62,080 nt of DNA from Spirochaetaceae bacterium (GTDB lineage: Bacteria; Spirochaetota; Spirochaetia; DSM-27196; SLAA01): assembly GCA_003552985.1 (NCBI GenBank), contig PUPD01000115.1, forward strand, positions 1 to 62,080, written 5' to 3'. Shown in pieces: positions 1 through 9,451 of the stretch. Below the pieces are notes generated by a model, which saw only the letters and a list, made by a program, of their open reading frames with translations, had not been told where the DNA came from and did not search any database. Numbering within the stretch: the first letter of the stretch is position 1; each line of letters starts with the position of its first letter. The position numbers were made by a program, and so were the translations under genes.

Positions 1-506
1 AGGCGATGTTCTGGTTCATGATGGGCTACACCTCGAAGCTCGCCGGCACCGAGACCGACGTAGTTGAGCCGCGGGCGGCGTTCAGCCGCTTTTTCGCCGA
101 GCCGTTCATGCCGCGCAACCCCTCCGACTACTCGGTGCTCCTCGGGGACAAGATGCGCGAGCACGGGTCGGCGGTATTCCTGATCAATACCGGATGGACC
201 GGAGGACCGTACGGCGTGGGCAAGCGCATCGACATCAATCTAACACGGGGGATGGTGCGCGCAGCGGTGGACGGCCGGCTCGACGATGTCGCCTGCCGCT
301 ACGACGAGGTGTTCAAGGTGCAGGTGCCGCTGCACTGTCCCGGCGTTCCCGAGGAATTGCTGGACCCGCGGCAGACCTGGGCCGATCAGGAGGGCTTCGA
401 CCGCGCGGCGCGCAGTCTGGCAGGTAAGTTCCGAGCGCATTTCGAGCGCGCCTTCGCCGGGAAAGTGGCCGAAGCGATCGCGGCCCAATGCCCACAGGGA
501 GACTGA
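1..506 (+). CDS. pckA: Phosphoenolpyruvate carboxykinase (ATP), C-terminal fragment; the 5' end lies outside the window
   Basis: The frame is open to the window edge. The translation (FLINTGWTGGPYGVGKRIDINLTRGMV...DPRQTW) matches the conserved C-terminal region of ATP-dependent PEPCK. Confidence 0.85.
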   Translation, partial: AMFWFMMGYTSKLAGTETDVVEPRAAFSRFFAEPFMPRNPSDYSVLLGDKMREHGSAVFLINTGWTGGPYGVGKRIDINLTRGMVRAAVDGRLDDVACRYDEVFKVQVPLHCPGVPEELLDPRQTWADQEGFDRAARSLAGKFRAHFERAFAGKVAEAIAAQCPQGD

Positions 507-512
507 ACCGGC

Positions 513-1514
513 GTGCGCATCACGGTGCTCGACGGGTACGCGCTGAACCCCGGCGACCTCAGCTGGGAGCCCCTGCAGGCGCTGGGTGAGCTGGAGGTAT
601 ATGACCGCTGCACGCCCGGCGAGGTGATTCCGCGGGCGCGCGAGGCCGACGCGCTGCTTGTGGACGCGGTAGAGGTCGGGGCAGCGACCTTTGCGGCACT
701 GCCGCAGCTACGCTATTTGGGGCTCTTCGCGACCGGCTATGACGGAATAGATCTCGAGGCCGCCCGCGCTCACGGGGTGACGGTCTGCAATGTGCCGGCC
801 TACGGCACCGCGTCGGTAGCGCAGGCGACGATAGCGCTGCTTCTTGCGTTGGCCAATCGGGCTTGCGAATACGATGCGATGGTGCGTGCCGGCGGCTGGC
901 GCGCCGGGGGGCCGTGCCACTATCTCTCCGCGCCCTTGCTCGAGCTCGAGGACAAGCTTCTCGGCGTGGTGGGCTTCGGCCGCATCGGGCGCGCAGTCGC
1001 CGCCCTGGGGCGCGCGTTCGGCATGCGGGTGCTTGCCTATTCCCGCCGGGTTGAGCGCGGTACAGTCGAGCGCGGTGCGGGGACGGGAGGCGAGCAGGAG
1101 AGCGACGGGGTTGAGCTGGTTGCGCTTGATGAGCTGTTTCGGCGGGCCGACGTCGTCAGCCTGCATCTTCCGTTGACTGCGGAGACCAGGCTCATGGTCG
1201 GCCGCGAGCGTCTGGAGCTCATGAAGCCGAGCGCGTTTCTGATCAACACCGCGCGGGGAGGGCTGGTGGATGACGCGGCGCTCGCGGCGGCGTTGCACGC
1301 CGGGCGGCCGGCTGGAGCCGGTTTGGATGTGATCGGCCCGCCGGAGCCGCCGGAACCGAGAAATCCACTACTGAGCGCGCCCAACTGCATCATTACCCCG
1401 CATATCGCCTGGGCGACACGCGAAGCGCGCTCGCGCTGTCTGGCCGAGGCGGCCGCGAATCTGGAAGCCTTCCTCAGCGGACGGGCGCGCAACGCGGTTG
1501 TGGCCCCGGCGTAG
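513..1514 (+). CDS. D-isomer-specific 2-hydroxyacid dehydrogenase (glycerate dehydrogenase / hydroxypyruvate reductase-like)
   Basis: GTG start 6 nt after the pckA stop. It has a GxGxxG-type NAD fold (GVVGFGRIGRAV) and the family C-terminal motif (ITPHIAWAT). Confidence 0.8.
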   Translation: MRITVLDGYALNPGDLSWEPLQALGELEVYDRCTPGEVIPRAREADALLVDAVEVGAATFAALPQLRYLGLFATGYDGIDLEAARAHGVTVCNVPAYGTASVAQATIALLLALANRACEYDAMVRAGGWRAGGPCHYLSAPLLELEDKLLGVVGFGRIGRAVAALGRAFGMRVLAYSRRVERGTVERGAGTGGEQESDGVELVALDELFRRADVVSLHLPLTAETRLMVGRERLELMKPSAFLINTARGGLVDDAALAAALHAGRPAGAGLDVIGPPEPPEPRNPLLSAPNCIITPHIAWATREARSRCLAEAAANLEAFLSGRARNAVVAPA

Positions 1515-1540
1515 CGACCGCCACAGGCTGCGCGGGCGCG

Positions 1541-4084
1541 TCAGCTCCAGCGGACCAGGCCGGGGAGGAAGTCGTGGACGAGGGCGTCGTGCCTAGGCAG
1601 CACTCGCACCGCGTACCCCTGGCGGCCGGCCATGCGGCATTGGGTTGAGACTGCGTATCGACGCTTGCCGTCGGCCCCGGCGCCGTTGAGCACCTGCATC
1701 TCCCGCCGGTCGGCGTTTTCGATCTTACCCTGCGAATCGATGCGACCGTGATACAGCTCAACTCGCACGTCCTCGGGTGAGACCTTGCCGAGATGAACGA
1801 CAGCCTCGACCTCGACCGCGTCTCCGACGTTCAGCTGACGCGAGTGATTGCTGATCAACTGTTCGACGCTAATCTCGCCCCAGTGGGCCTCCAAGTTGGC
1901 TATGCGCTTTGCAAGCTCCCGCGCGACTCTGTAGCTGTCGGCCTGAACGCGACGCGAGTTCTCCAGAGCCGGGATGTAGAAGCGCTCAGAATATTCGGTC
2001 AGCATGCGCGCCGATGAGAACCGCTCGCCGACCTGGCGCATCGACTCTTTCATCATCGCGATCCAGGCGCGCGGCAGCCCGTCGAGACCGCGGTCATAGT
2101 AGGTGGGAATGATCTCCTGTTCCAGCAGGTTGTACAACGCCTTGACCTCGATCTCGTCCTGCAGCTCCTCGTCTTCGTATTCTTCGCCGCTGCCGATGGC
2201 CCACCCGATCGATGGGTCGTACCCCTCGGCCCACCAGCCGTCGAGAACCGAACAGTTCAGCGCGCCGTTGATCGCGGCTTTCATCCCGCTGGTGCCGCTC
2301 GCCTCCAGGGGCCTTCGCGGCGTGTTGAGCCACAGATCGGCGCCGGAGACAAGGTATTGCGCAATGCTCATATCGTAGTTCTCGAGGAAGACGATACGGC
2401 TGCGAATCTCAGGCTGGCCGGCGAAGTGAACGATCTCTTTGATCAGGTTCTTGCCGGGGATGTCATGCGGGTGTGCCTTGCCGGCAAAGACGATCTGTAT
2501 CGGCCGGTCGTTGTCGCTCAAGAGCTTTATCAGACGCTCGGGGTCGCGGAACAGGAGCGACGCGCGCTTGTAGGTCGCAAACCGGCGCGCGAACGCAATC
2601 GTCAACGCCGCCGGCGACAGTACCTCCCGCGCCTGTACCAGCGTGGAGCCGGTGGCACCGCGTGCACGTAGTTGCTTTTCCAGACGGTCCCGCGAGAACT
2701 GTACCAGGCGAGATTTTCTGCGTTCGTGTATGCGCCACAGCTCCTCATCCGAGATACGGTCGATGCGCTCCCAGATTCCGAGGTCGGTGGGTTCGTCGTA
2801 GAAGCGGGGACCGAAATAGCGGTCGAGCAGGTCCACCATGTCGTGCGACAACCAGGTGCGGATATGAACGCCGTTGGTGACATGCGTGATCGGGACCTCG
2901 TTGAGCGGCAGCTCCTTCCAGATGCTGTGCCACATCTGGCGCGAGACGTGACCGTGGAGCTCGCTTACCGCGTTGTTGTAGCTCGACAGCCGCAGGGCCA
3001 ACACCGTCATGCAGAAGTGCTCACGCTGGTCTTCCGGATGCTCGCGGCCGAGGGCCATGAAATTCTCGAACGAGATATCGAGGCCGTGGACGATGCTTTG
3101 GAAGTACTTCTGCATCAGCTCGACCGAGAACCGTTCGTTGCCGGCGGGCACCGGGGTATGGGTCGTGAAGATATTGGTCGGCCAGACGGCCTGAATCGCT
3201 TCCTGCACGCTCAGCTTGTGGTGCAGGACGTGCTCGCGGATGCGCTCGATCGCCAGGAAGGCCGAATGGCCCTCGTTCATATGCGTAACCGCAGGGTTGA
3301 TGCCGACCGCGCGCAAGGCGCGGATCCCCCCGATTCCGAGCAGGATCTCCTGTCGTATGCGCGTCTCGCGGTTACCGCCGTACAGCGTTGCGGAGACGTG
3401 GCGGTATTCCTCGATGTTGTCGTCGATGTTGGTATCGAGCAGATAGAGCGCGTTGCGCCCGATCTCCACGCGCCAGATGCGCGCCACCACCTGAGCGTCC
3501 GCCATCTGCACCGTGATCTTGATGTCGTCACCGGCTTCGTCGGTACAACGGGTAACCGGCATGTTGTACCAGTCGTTCTCCGGATAGGATTCCTGCTGAA
3601 AGCCGTCGGCGTTGAGATACTGCTGGAAATAGCCCTGACGATACAACAGCCCCACACCGACGAGCGGCAGCCCAAGGTCCGATGAGGTGATGAGATGATC
3701 GCCCGAGAGCACCCCCAGACCGCCGGAGTATATGGGAAGGCTGACATCGAGTCCGTACTCCATCGAAAGATAGGCGATGGTGTCCTGCATGTCGCCGCGA
3801 TACCAGGTGTCGCCTTCCTTGTAGCGCCGAAACCGGTCGTATACCGCGTTGAGCGAGGCGACGTAGGAATCGTCGGCGGCACACTGCTCGAGAGTCTCCT
3901 GTGAGATCATGCTCAGGGTGCAGACCGGATTCTGTCCCGAGGCCGACCAGGCGTCATTATCCAGGCGGATGAAGAGATTCACCGCCTCGTAATTCCAACT
4001 GAACCAGAGGTTGTGAGCGAGCTCTTCAAGCGGTTTCAATACTTCGGGCAGTTGCGGCTTTGCCGTGTACGTCACAATGTTCAT
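1541..4084 (-). CDS. glgP: Alpha-glucan phosphorylase (GT35 family, DUF3417-type N-terminus)
   Basis: 847 aa. The N-terminus (LEELAHNLWFSWN) and the core (EASGTSGMKAAINGALN, the pyridoxal-phosphate lysine region) are typical of bacterial alpha-glucan phosphorylases. An AAGGAG RBS lies upstream. Confidence 0.85.
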   Translation of the reverse strand: MNIVTYTAKPQLPEVLKPLEELAHNLWFSWNYEAVNLFIRLDNDAWSASGQNPVCTLSMISQETLEQCAADDSYVASLNAVYDRFRRYKEGDTWYRGDMQDTIAYLSMEYGLDVSLPIYSGGLGVLSGDHLITSSDLGLPLVGVGLLYRQGYFQQYLNADGFQQESYPENDWYNMPVTRCTDEAGDDIKITVQMADAQVVARIWRVEIGRNALYLLDTNIDDNIEEYRHVSATLYGGNRETRIRQEILLGIGGIRALRAVGINPAVTHMNEGHSAFLAIERIREHVLHHKLSVQEAIQAVWPTNIFTTHTPVPAGNERFSVELMQKYFQSIVHGLDISFENFMALGREHPEDQREHFCMTVLALRLSSYNNAVSELHGHVSRQMWHSIWKELPLNEVPITHVTNGVHIRTWLSHDMVDLLDRYFGPRFYDEPTDLGIWERIDRISDEELWRIHERRKSRLVQFSRDRLEKQLRARGATGSTLVQAREVLSPAALTIAFARRFATYKRASLLFRDPERLIKLLSDNDRPIQIVFAGKAHPHDIPGKNLIKEIVHFAGQPEIRSRIVFLENYDMSIAQYLVSGADLWLNTPRRPLEASGTSGMKAAINGALNCSVLDGWWAEGYDPSIGWAIGSGEEYEDEELQDEIEVKALYNLLEQEIIPTYYDRGLDGLPRAWIAMMKESMRQVGERFSSARMLTEYSERFYIPALENSRRVQADSYRVARELAKRIANLEAHWGEISVEQLISNHSRQLNVGDAVEVEAVVHLGKVSPEDVRVELYHGRIDSQGKIENADRREMQVLNGAGADGKRRYAVSTQCRMAGRQGYAVRVLPRHDALVHDFLPGLVRWS

Positions 4085-4101
4085 AGCGTTCTTCCGCTCC
4101 T

Positions 4102-5445
4102 TTAGTCCTCGGCCGTCGGCTCCGGATACTCGTCGACGATCGTAATCACCGAACAGCGTTCGCCGGTGGTCGGCAGCGAGTTGATCTCGGAGGCCGCCTC
4201 AAGCACCGCGCGCTCACCGGTGGTGTGCAGAATGATCACAACCGGCACGTAGACCTCTTCACCGCCGTTGCTGTCGGCTACCTCATCCTGCAATACCGAC
4301 GCGATACTGATCCCGTAATGCTCGAGAATTGAGGTCATCGAGGCCAGCGCTCCCGGGCTGTCGCGGACCATTACGCGCAGGTAGTAGCGGTGCAACGTAT
4401 CGGCTACCGGATTATCGGCGACAACAGAGTTCTCGCCGAGCATGTACCCGAACTCGTCGAACACTCGCGGCAGCACGCCGGAAGCAATCGAGATAATATC
4501 GGCAACAACCGCCGAGGCGGTCGGCGAGCCGCCGGCGCCGCGGCCGTAATACATAGTGTGCCCGGTAACATGCCCGTAGACGCTGACGGCGTTGAACGGC
4601 CCGGAGACCCAGGCGAGCGGGTGGTTGCGCGAGATGAACGCCGGGCGCACGCGAACGGTGATGCCGCTGCGCTGCCGTTCAGCGATTGCGAGCAACTTGA
4701 TCAGGTAGCCGAGCTTCGCGGCGAAGCGAACGTCGTCGCGCTTGATTCCTTCGATGCCCTCTACCGGAATGAGATCAAACGGGATCGCCTCTCCGAACGC
4801 GAGCGAGGTCATGATTGCGATTTTGTGTGCGGAGTCCATCCCGGAGACGTCGAGGGTTGGATCGGCTTCGGCCAAACCGTCGGCCTGGGCTTCCTTGAGC
4901 GCTTGTTCGTAGCTTTCGCCCTTGCTGGTCATCTGCGTGAGGATGTAGTTGCAGGTGCCGTTTACGATGGCGTAGATTGCGTCGATGCGATTGGCGATGA
5001 GGCCGTCATAGAGCGCCCGCACGATCGGGATGCCACCGGCACAGCTCGCCTCAAATCCGATTGAAACCCCGGCGTTGCGCGCGCGGTCGAACAGCGCGGT
5101 GCCGTGCAGGGCAAGCAGAGCTTTGTTGGCGGTGACGACATGCTTTCCGGCGTCGATCGCGCGCTCGATCACCTCACGCGCGTCATCGATGCCCCCGATC
5201 AACTCGATCACGATCTGCACCTCGGGGTCGGACAGGGCCTTATCGAGTTCTGGTTCGAACAGGCTGGTGTCCAGCTCGAACTCCTTGGCTCGCTTATAGG
5301 TCTTGGAGACGATGTAGCGCAGCTCCAACGGTACGCGGCACTTTGCCTCTAGTAACGCCCGGTCGCGGGTGAGTAAGCGCGCCGTTGCGCTTCCAACCAC
5401 GCCGCACCCGACGAGGGCTACCGGTACTGACTTTGGTGTGTTCAT
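4102..5445 (-). CDS. hom: Homoserine dehydrogenase with a C-terminal ACT domain
   Basis: I place the start at the internal ATG (MNTPKSVPVALVGCGVVGSA, a Rossmann motif), which has an AGGA RBS. The longer ORF to 5526 adds a non-conserved leader. Confidence 0.85.
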   Translation of the reverse strand: MNTPKSVPVALVGCGVVGSATARLLTRDRALLEAKCRVPLELRYIVSKTYKRAKEFELDTSLFEPELDKALSDPEVQIVIELIGGIDDAREVIERAIDAGKHVVTANKALLALHGTALFDRARNAGVSIGFEASCAGGIPIVRALYDGLIANRIDAIYAIVNGTCNYILTQMTSKGESYEQALKEAQADGLAEADPTLDVSGMDSAHKIAIMTSLAFGEAIPFDLIPVEGIEGIKRDDVRFAAKLGYLIKLLAIAERQRSGITVRVRPAFISRNHPLAWVSGPFNAVSVYGHVTGHTMYYGRGAGGSPTASAVVADIISIASGVLPRVFDEFGYMLGENSVVADNPVADTLHRYYLRVMVRDSPGALASMTSILEHYGISIASVLQDEVADSNGGEEVYVPVVIILHTTGERAVLEAASEINSLPTTGERCSVITIVDEYPEPTAED

Positions 5446-5591
5446 CCTTGCTTTACTCCCGCGCGTATCGTAGTTGAGTGCCATACCCCTGTCAAGGTTG
5501 CGGGTTTGGGCGCAGAAGTTCCCCACAAGCGGCTCAGAGAGGCCTTCGATCGGTCAACCGCGCACATAAGCTTCGCGCCGGTTTTCAGTGG

Positions 5592-6578
5592 TTATCCGCG
5601 GAGGATCACCCAAAGGTACGCAAGATATCCGGCTACCAATACCGCACCTTCCGACCGAACGATTCTGCGCCCCCGCCCGAGGTATACAAACGCCAGCACC
5701 GCCAGCGACGCCCCGAGGTTGACACCGAGCTCGAACAGAACGGGTCCGGTATTCGCAATCGGCACGGCCATCACAGCTACCCCGAGAACCAGAACGATGT
5801 TCATAACGTTCGCGCCGATTACGTTGCCGACCGCCATATCGGTGTTACCGCGCCCCGCAGCCGCCAACGAGGTGGCCAGTTCCGGAAGTGACGTTCCGAT
5901 CGCGACGATGCTTAACGCAATCACACGCGTGCTCATCTCCAACTGCTCGGCGATTGCCACGGCCGACTCGACAATCATACGGCCTCCGATAGCGAGGAGC
6001 ACCGGTCCGAGCACCAGAAGCAGGACGGAAACTCTCGGACCTTGTACCCAGCGGGAAAGCGAAGCGACTTTAACAGCGTCATGTGACTGCTCAGCCCGGG
6101 TGGCACGCATGGTGTGGGCCACATAAAGACAAAACACGAGGCCGATTCCCAGAAGTATGGAACCATCGAGTCTCGAAAGCGAACCGGGTCTGCTTACCGG
6201 AGGTAGTCCCGTGTGAATCAACACGATCATTCCCACCGCGGCAAAGACCCCGAAGGGAAGCTCGAACCGCGTCGTACGAGGACTAATGACGAGCGGTCGC
6301 ACCAGGGCCGCGCAGCCGATAACCGCAAGCGTGTTGAATATATTGCTCCCGACCACGTTCCCAAGCACCAGTTCGCCGACCGAGGTGAACGCCGCCGAAA
6401 GGTTCACCGCCAACTCCGGCGCGGTGGTCCCCAACGAGACGAGTGTCATTCCGATTACGATCTCGGACACGCGAGCCCGCCGCGCCAACGCGACGGCTCC
6501 CTCTACGAGAGCTGCTGCCCCAGCGACGAGCAGCGCCACACCGAGCCCGAGGACTAGACTCTGAAACCAAAGCTGCAC
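5592..6578 (-). CDS. Ca2+/Na+ antiporter, CaCA (YrbG-like) family
   Basis: Polytopic membrane protein with two alpha-repeat motifs (GTTAPELAV and GTSLPELATS). Confidence 0.8.
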   Translation of the reverse strand: MQLWFQSLVLGLGVALLVAGAAALVEGAVALARRARVSEIVIGMTLVSLGTTAPELAVNLSAAFTSVGELVLGNVVGSNIFNTLAVIGCAALVRPLVISPRTTRFELPFGVFAAVGMIVLIHTGLPPVSRPGSLSRLDGSILLGIGLVFCLYVAHTMRATRAEQSHDAVKVASLSRWVQGPRVSVLLLVLGPVLLAIGGRMIVESAVAIAEQLEMSTRVIALSIVAIGTSLPELATSLAAAGRGNTDMAVGNVIGANVMNIVLVLGVAVMAVPIANTGPVLFELGVNLGASLAVLAFVYLGRGRRIVRSEGAVLVAGYLAYLWVILRG

Positions 6579-6614
6579 ACTGGTTCCTCGCTATCGTGAC
6601 CATTATCGGAACTA

Positions 6615-8249
6615 CTATCCGAAGGTCGATTTGCGACCTTCGAATCCGGTATGAATGTCCAGGAGTACCGTCTTTCCTTCCGCGTTCAACCGGCGCGCCC
6701 GCTCCAATGCGGGTGCGATCTCCGCCGGCTCGGTGATGCGAATTCCGGTCGCACCCAGTCCTTCGGCAATCTTGGCATAGTCTCCGGACATCAGGGTAGC
6801 TCCGAACCGATCGCGCGCCGCGGGGTATCCGTCCGGATACGTCGCCATAGCACCGTTGTTTATCACGATCGTTGTGATCGGTGCGCCGGCTCTAACCGAG
6901 GTCTCGATGTCCATCCCCGACATCCCGAATGCGCCGTCTCCCATGAAGTTGACGCAGAAACGTTCCGGCATCGCCATCTTCGCCCCGATCATCAGCGGAA
7001 TGCCGTATCCCAAATGCGTAGTCTTACCCCAGCCGATGTAGCTGTGTGGTACGGTTGCCGTATAGAACGGCAGCAGCATGTCCCGGGGAGCCCCGGCGTC
7101 GTGGGTAACTATGCTGGTATCGTGATCGAGAGTGCGCTCGAGTTCGGCAACGATCCGATATGTGTTGATCGGGACCTCGTCTGAGTCGAGCAAGGGTTGC
7201 CATTCGGCCAGCCAATCGCGTTTCAGCTTGGCTATCTCTTCAGGAATCGAGGAACTGGATTGATGGCACCCGCCTGCCTCCGAGAGCTCCCTGATTATCG
7301 CCTGCAGTGTGAGCTTGGCATCGCCGGGAAGACCGATGACTGCCCCATAGTCCTTGTTGATATCCTCAATGCTCTCTACGTTGTGAATGATCAACTTCCC
7401 GTCCGGTATCGGCTGCGCGTACGTGTTGCGGGTAAGACTCGAGCCGACCGCAAACACAACGTCGGCGTCCTGCAGCCAGGTACGCGCCTGTTGAGTTGTG
7501 GCCGCGCTTCCGGATCCGAGGGCTAACGGATGACGCTCGTCGAACGACGACTTGCCCGGCAACGTACAGTACACCGGTATGCCGGTAGTTTCAGCCAATT
7601 GGCGCAACTCGTCAGTTGCATCGGCCAGGAGGACGCCCATCCCCGACCATATCACGGGGCGCCGAGCGCTCAATAATGCCTTGACCGCACTCCGCACCGC
7701 GTCGTGCGACGGCACCTGCGGCATTCTAGCCGGCGAATGATAGGTGAGCTCACCGTGCGGCATCTCGGTTCGCCCAACATCAGACGGTATCTCGATGACG
7801 ACGGGGCCCGGTCTACCGTTGCGCAGCGCGTGAAACGCTCGGCGCATCACGTCACCGACCATGTCAGGCCGATAGATGATCTCCGTGTACTTCGCAACAG
7901 ACTGGTAGGTTCGAGCCGGTGAGAAATTCGGCCGCACCGAGTGCATCCAGAGACGCGGCCCTTCGGCGAAATAAAGGATCGGGATATTATCACTGAAAGC
8001 CTGAGCGATGCCTCCCATAGAGTTCTCGGCACCGGGGCCACCCTGGGTTACCGCCACACCGAATCGTCTTCTGTTGCTCAAGCGACTGTAACCGTCCGCT
8101 GCCATGACGGCGCCGCGCTCGTGGCGGAACATCACGGTTCTAATCCCCTCTTCGGCACACGCCTCGATCAGATCGTTAGATGGGAAACACGATATCCATT
8201 CTACGTTCTCCCGCCGCAGAATCTGTGCTACAGCCTGGTTTGTATCCAT
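6615..8249 (-). CDS. Thiamine-pyrophosphate-dependent enzyme (acetolactate synthase / IolD-like superfamily); specific activity unknown
   Basis: N-terminal TPP pyrimidine-binding region (GGPGAENSMGGIAQAF) and a C-terminal GDGAF...NNG TPP/Mg motif. The start is set at MDTNQ with a GGAG RBS. Confidence 0.75.
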   Translation of the reverse strand: MDTNQAVAQILRRENVEWISCFPSNDLIEACAEEGIRTVMFRHERGAVMAADGYSRLSNRRRFGVAVTQGGPGAENSMGGIAQAFSDNIPILYFAEGPRLWMHSVRPNFSPARTYQSVAKYTEIIYRPDMVGDVMRRAFHALRNGRPGPVVIEIPSDVGRTEMPHGELTYHSPARMPQVPSHDAVRSAVKALLSARRPVIWSGMGVLLADATDELRQLAETTGIPVYCTLPGKSSFDERHPLALGSGSAATTQQARTWLQDADVVFAVGSSLTRNTYAQPIPDGKLIIHNVESIEDINKDYGAVIGLPGDAKLTLQAIIRELSEAGGCHQSSSSIPEEIAKLKRDWLAEWQPLLDSDEVPINTYRIVAELERTLDHDTSIVTHDAGAPRDMLLPFYTATVPHSYIGWGKTTHLGYGIPLMIGAKMAMPERFCVNFMGDGAFGMSGMDIETSVRAGAPITTIVINNGAMATYPDGYPAARDRFGATLMSGDYAKIAEGLGATGIRITEPAEIAPALERARRLNAEGKTVLLDIHTGFEGRKSTFG

Positions 8250-8299
8250 CAGTACGCTCCTTTGCAAAATGGGGCACAACTGTGATTAGTTGAGTTTAG

Positions 8300-8328
8300 A
8301 CTGTACCGTAACATAAGTCATATGTCAA
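8300..8328 (-). promoter_or_regulatory. Putative sigma70-type promoter of the TPP-enzyme gene. The -35 TTGACA lies inside motif copy 1 and the -10 is TACAGT after a 17-nt spacer.
   Basis: The minus strand reads TTGACA-tatgacttatgttacgg-TACAGT, about 50 nt upstream of the start at 8249. Confidence 0.4.
8315..8328 (-). promoter_or_regulatory. Motif copy 1: TTGACATATGACTT (putative operator overlapping the -35)
   Basis: The plus strand reads aagtcatatgtcaa. The 17-mer cataagtcatatgtcaa at 8312-8328 is identical to 38758-38774. Confidence 0.55.
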
Positions 8329-8399
8329 TAAATCTAAGATTTCTATCGCTTCCGCACCTTGTCGTTGATGGAATCGTACGCAGAGTATAGTATCTTGGT

Positions 8400-8428
8400 T
8401 TGCAAAGTAGTGACATATGTTGTATAAT
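8400..8428 (+). promoter_or_regulatory. Putative sigma70 promoter of the 8459-16149 operon (TTGCAA-17 nt-TATAAT)
   Basis: -35 at 8400-8405 and a perfect -10 TATAAT at 8423-8428. Motif copy 2 fills the spacer. Confidence 0.5.
8410..8423 (+). promoter_or_regulatory. Motif copy 2: GTGACATATGTTGT (putative operator in the promoter spacer)
   Basis: It shares the TGACATATG core with the other copies and lies between the -35 and -10. Confidence 0.45.
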
Positions 8429-8458
8429 TGCTCCACTCTACCGTGGGAGGAGACAGGA

Positions 8459-9409
8459 GTGAGCGAATTACATGAGATCGCGCGCCCGGGACTCATGCTT
8501 TCACAGGTCTGGCCGCAGTCGCGGGAGTCGGAAGGTGAGACTTTGAGAGCAATGCAGACCGCAGTTGAAAGCGGACGATTCGCCGCATTTCAGACCGTCG
8601 AGATCCCGTTTCCCGCTGAACGCAGGGAGATGGCGCGTCTGTTGCAGGGAAACGACTTCCGTTACACCTACTGTCTCACACGCGTTCTGAACGAGAACGG
8701 CATTGACCTCTCGGCGATCGACAACACTCATCGACGCGAATCGTTGCGTGCAATTATTCCGCACCTAGATCACGCACGGGAAGCCGGCGCCGATTCGGTA
8801 AGCTTGATAAGCGGTTCTTGCCCCGGCAGCGAATCCGACCGTCGACACGCTCTGGTTGCTCTCGCGGACTCCATGCGCGAGCTGGTGAAGGCTGCGCTGG
8901 AGCCCCCCGCGTTGAACATTCTGCTCGAGCCACTTGATGTGGCGTCGCACAAGAACAGAGCTCTCGGGCACACCCGTGAAGCGGTCGCGATCTGCGCCGA
9001 GCTGGCCGACGACGACTTGCCATTGTTCATTTCACTTGATACAGCGCATATCATCCTCAACAACGAAGACCCCGTTGAAGCGTTACAGATGGCGTTGGAG
9101 TATACGGCGGATTTCCACTATTGCAACTGTGTCACCGATCGAGAACACCCGTTGTACGGGGACAATCACATACCATTCGGCCCGCCGGGCGTTCTGGATC
9201 TCGCCGAGATTTCGGCGATCATGAAACACCAATCAGCACTGACATATTTCGGCGCGAGAAGACGACCCGTCGTGATGTGCGAAGTCTTCAACAGCGAGGG
9301 GAACTCGTACGAGATGATGCATTATTGTATCGACACCATGGAATCGGCATGGCGCAGTGTGGTCTTGCATGACGAGCGGGACCGCGCTGCCGAAGAAACT
9401 AGATCATAA
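8459..9409 (+). CDS. Xylose-isomerase-like TIM-barrel protein (sugar phosphate isomerase/epimerase; IolE/IolI-like fold)
   Basis: A GTG start with a GGAGG RBS is preferred over the ATG at 8417. The length and pattern (LDTAHI..., HIPFG) are typical of the AP-endonuclease-2/xylose-isomerase-like TIM family. Confidence 0.6.
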   Translation: MSELHEIARPGLMLSQVWPQSRESEGETLRAMQTAVESGRFAAFQTVEIPFPAERREMARLLQGNDFRYTYCLTRVLNENGIDLSAIDNTHRRESLRAIIPHLDHAREAGADSVSLISGSCPGSESDRRHALVALADSMRELVKAALEPPALNILLEPLDVASHKNRALGHTREAVAICAELADDDLPLFISLDTAHIILNNEDPVEALQMALEYTADFHYCNCVTDREHPLYGDNHIPFGPPGVLDLAEISAIMKHQSALTYFGARRRPVVMCEVFNSEGNSYEMMHYCIDTMESAWRSVVLHDERDRAAEETRS

Positions 9410-9451
9410 TTGACGCTGTCAGGATCTGCATTAACGAAAGGAGGAGCAGCT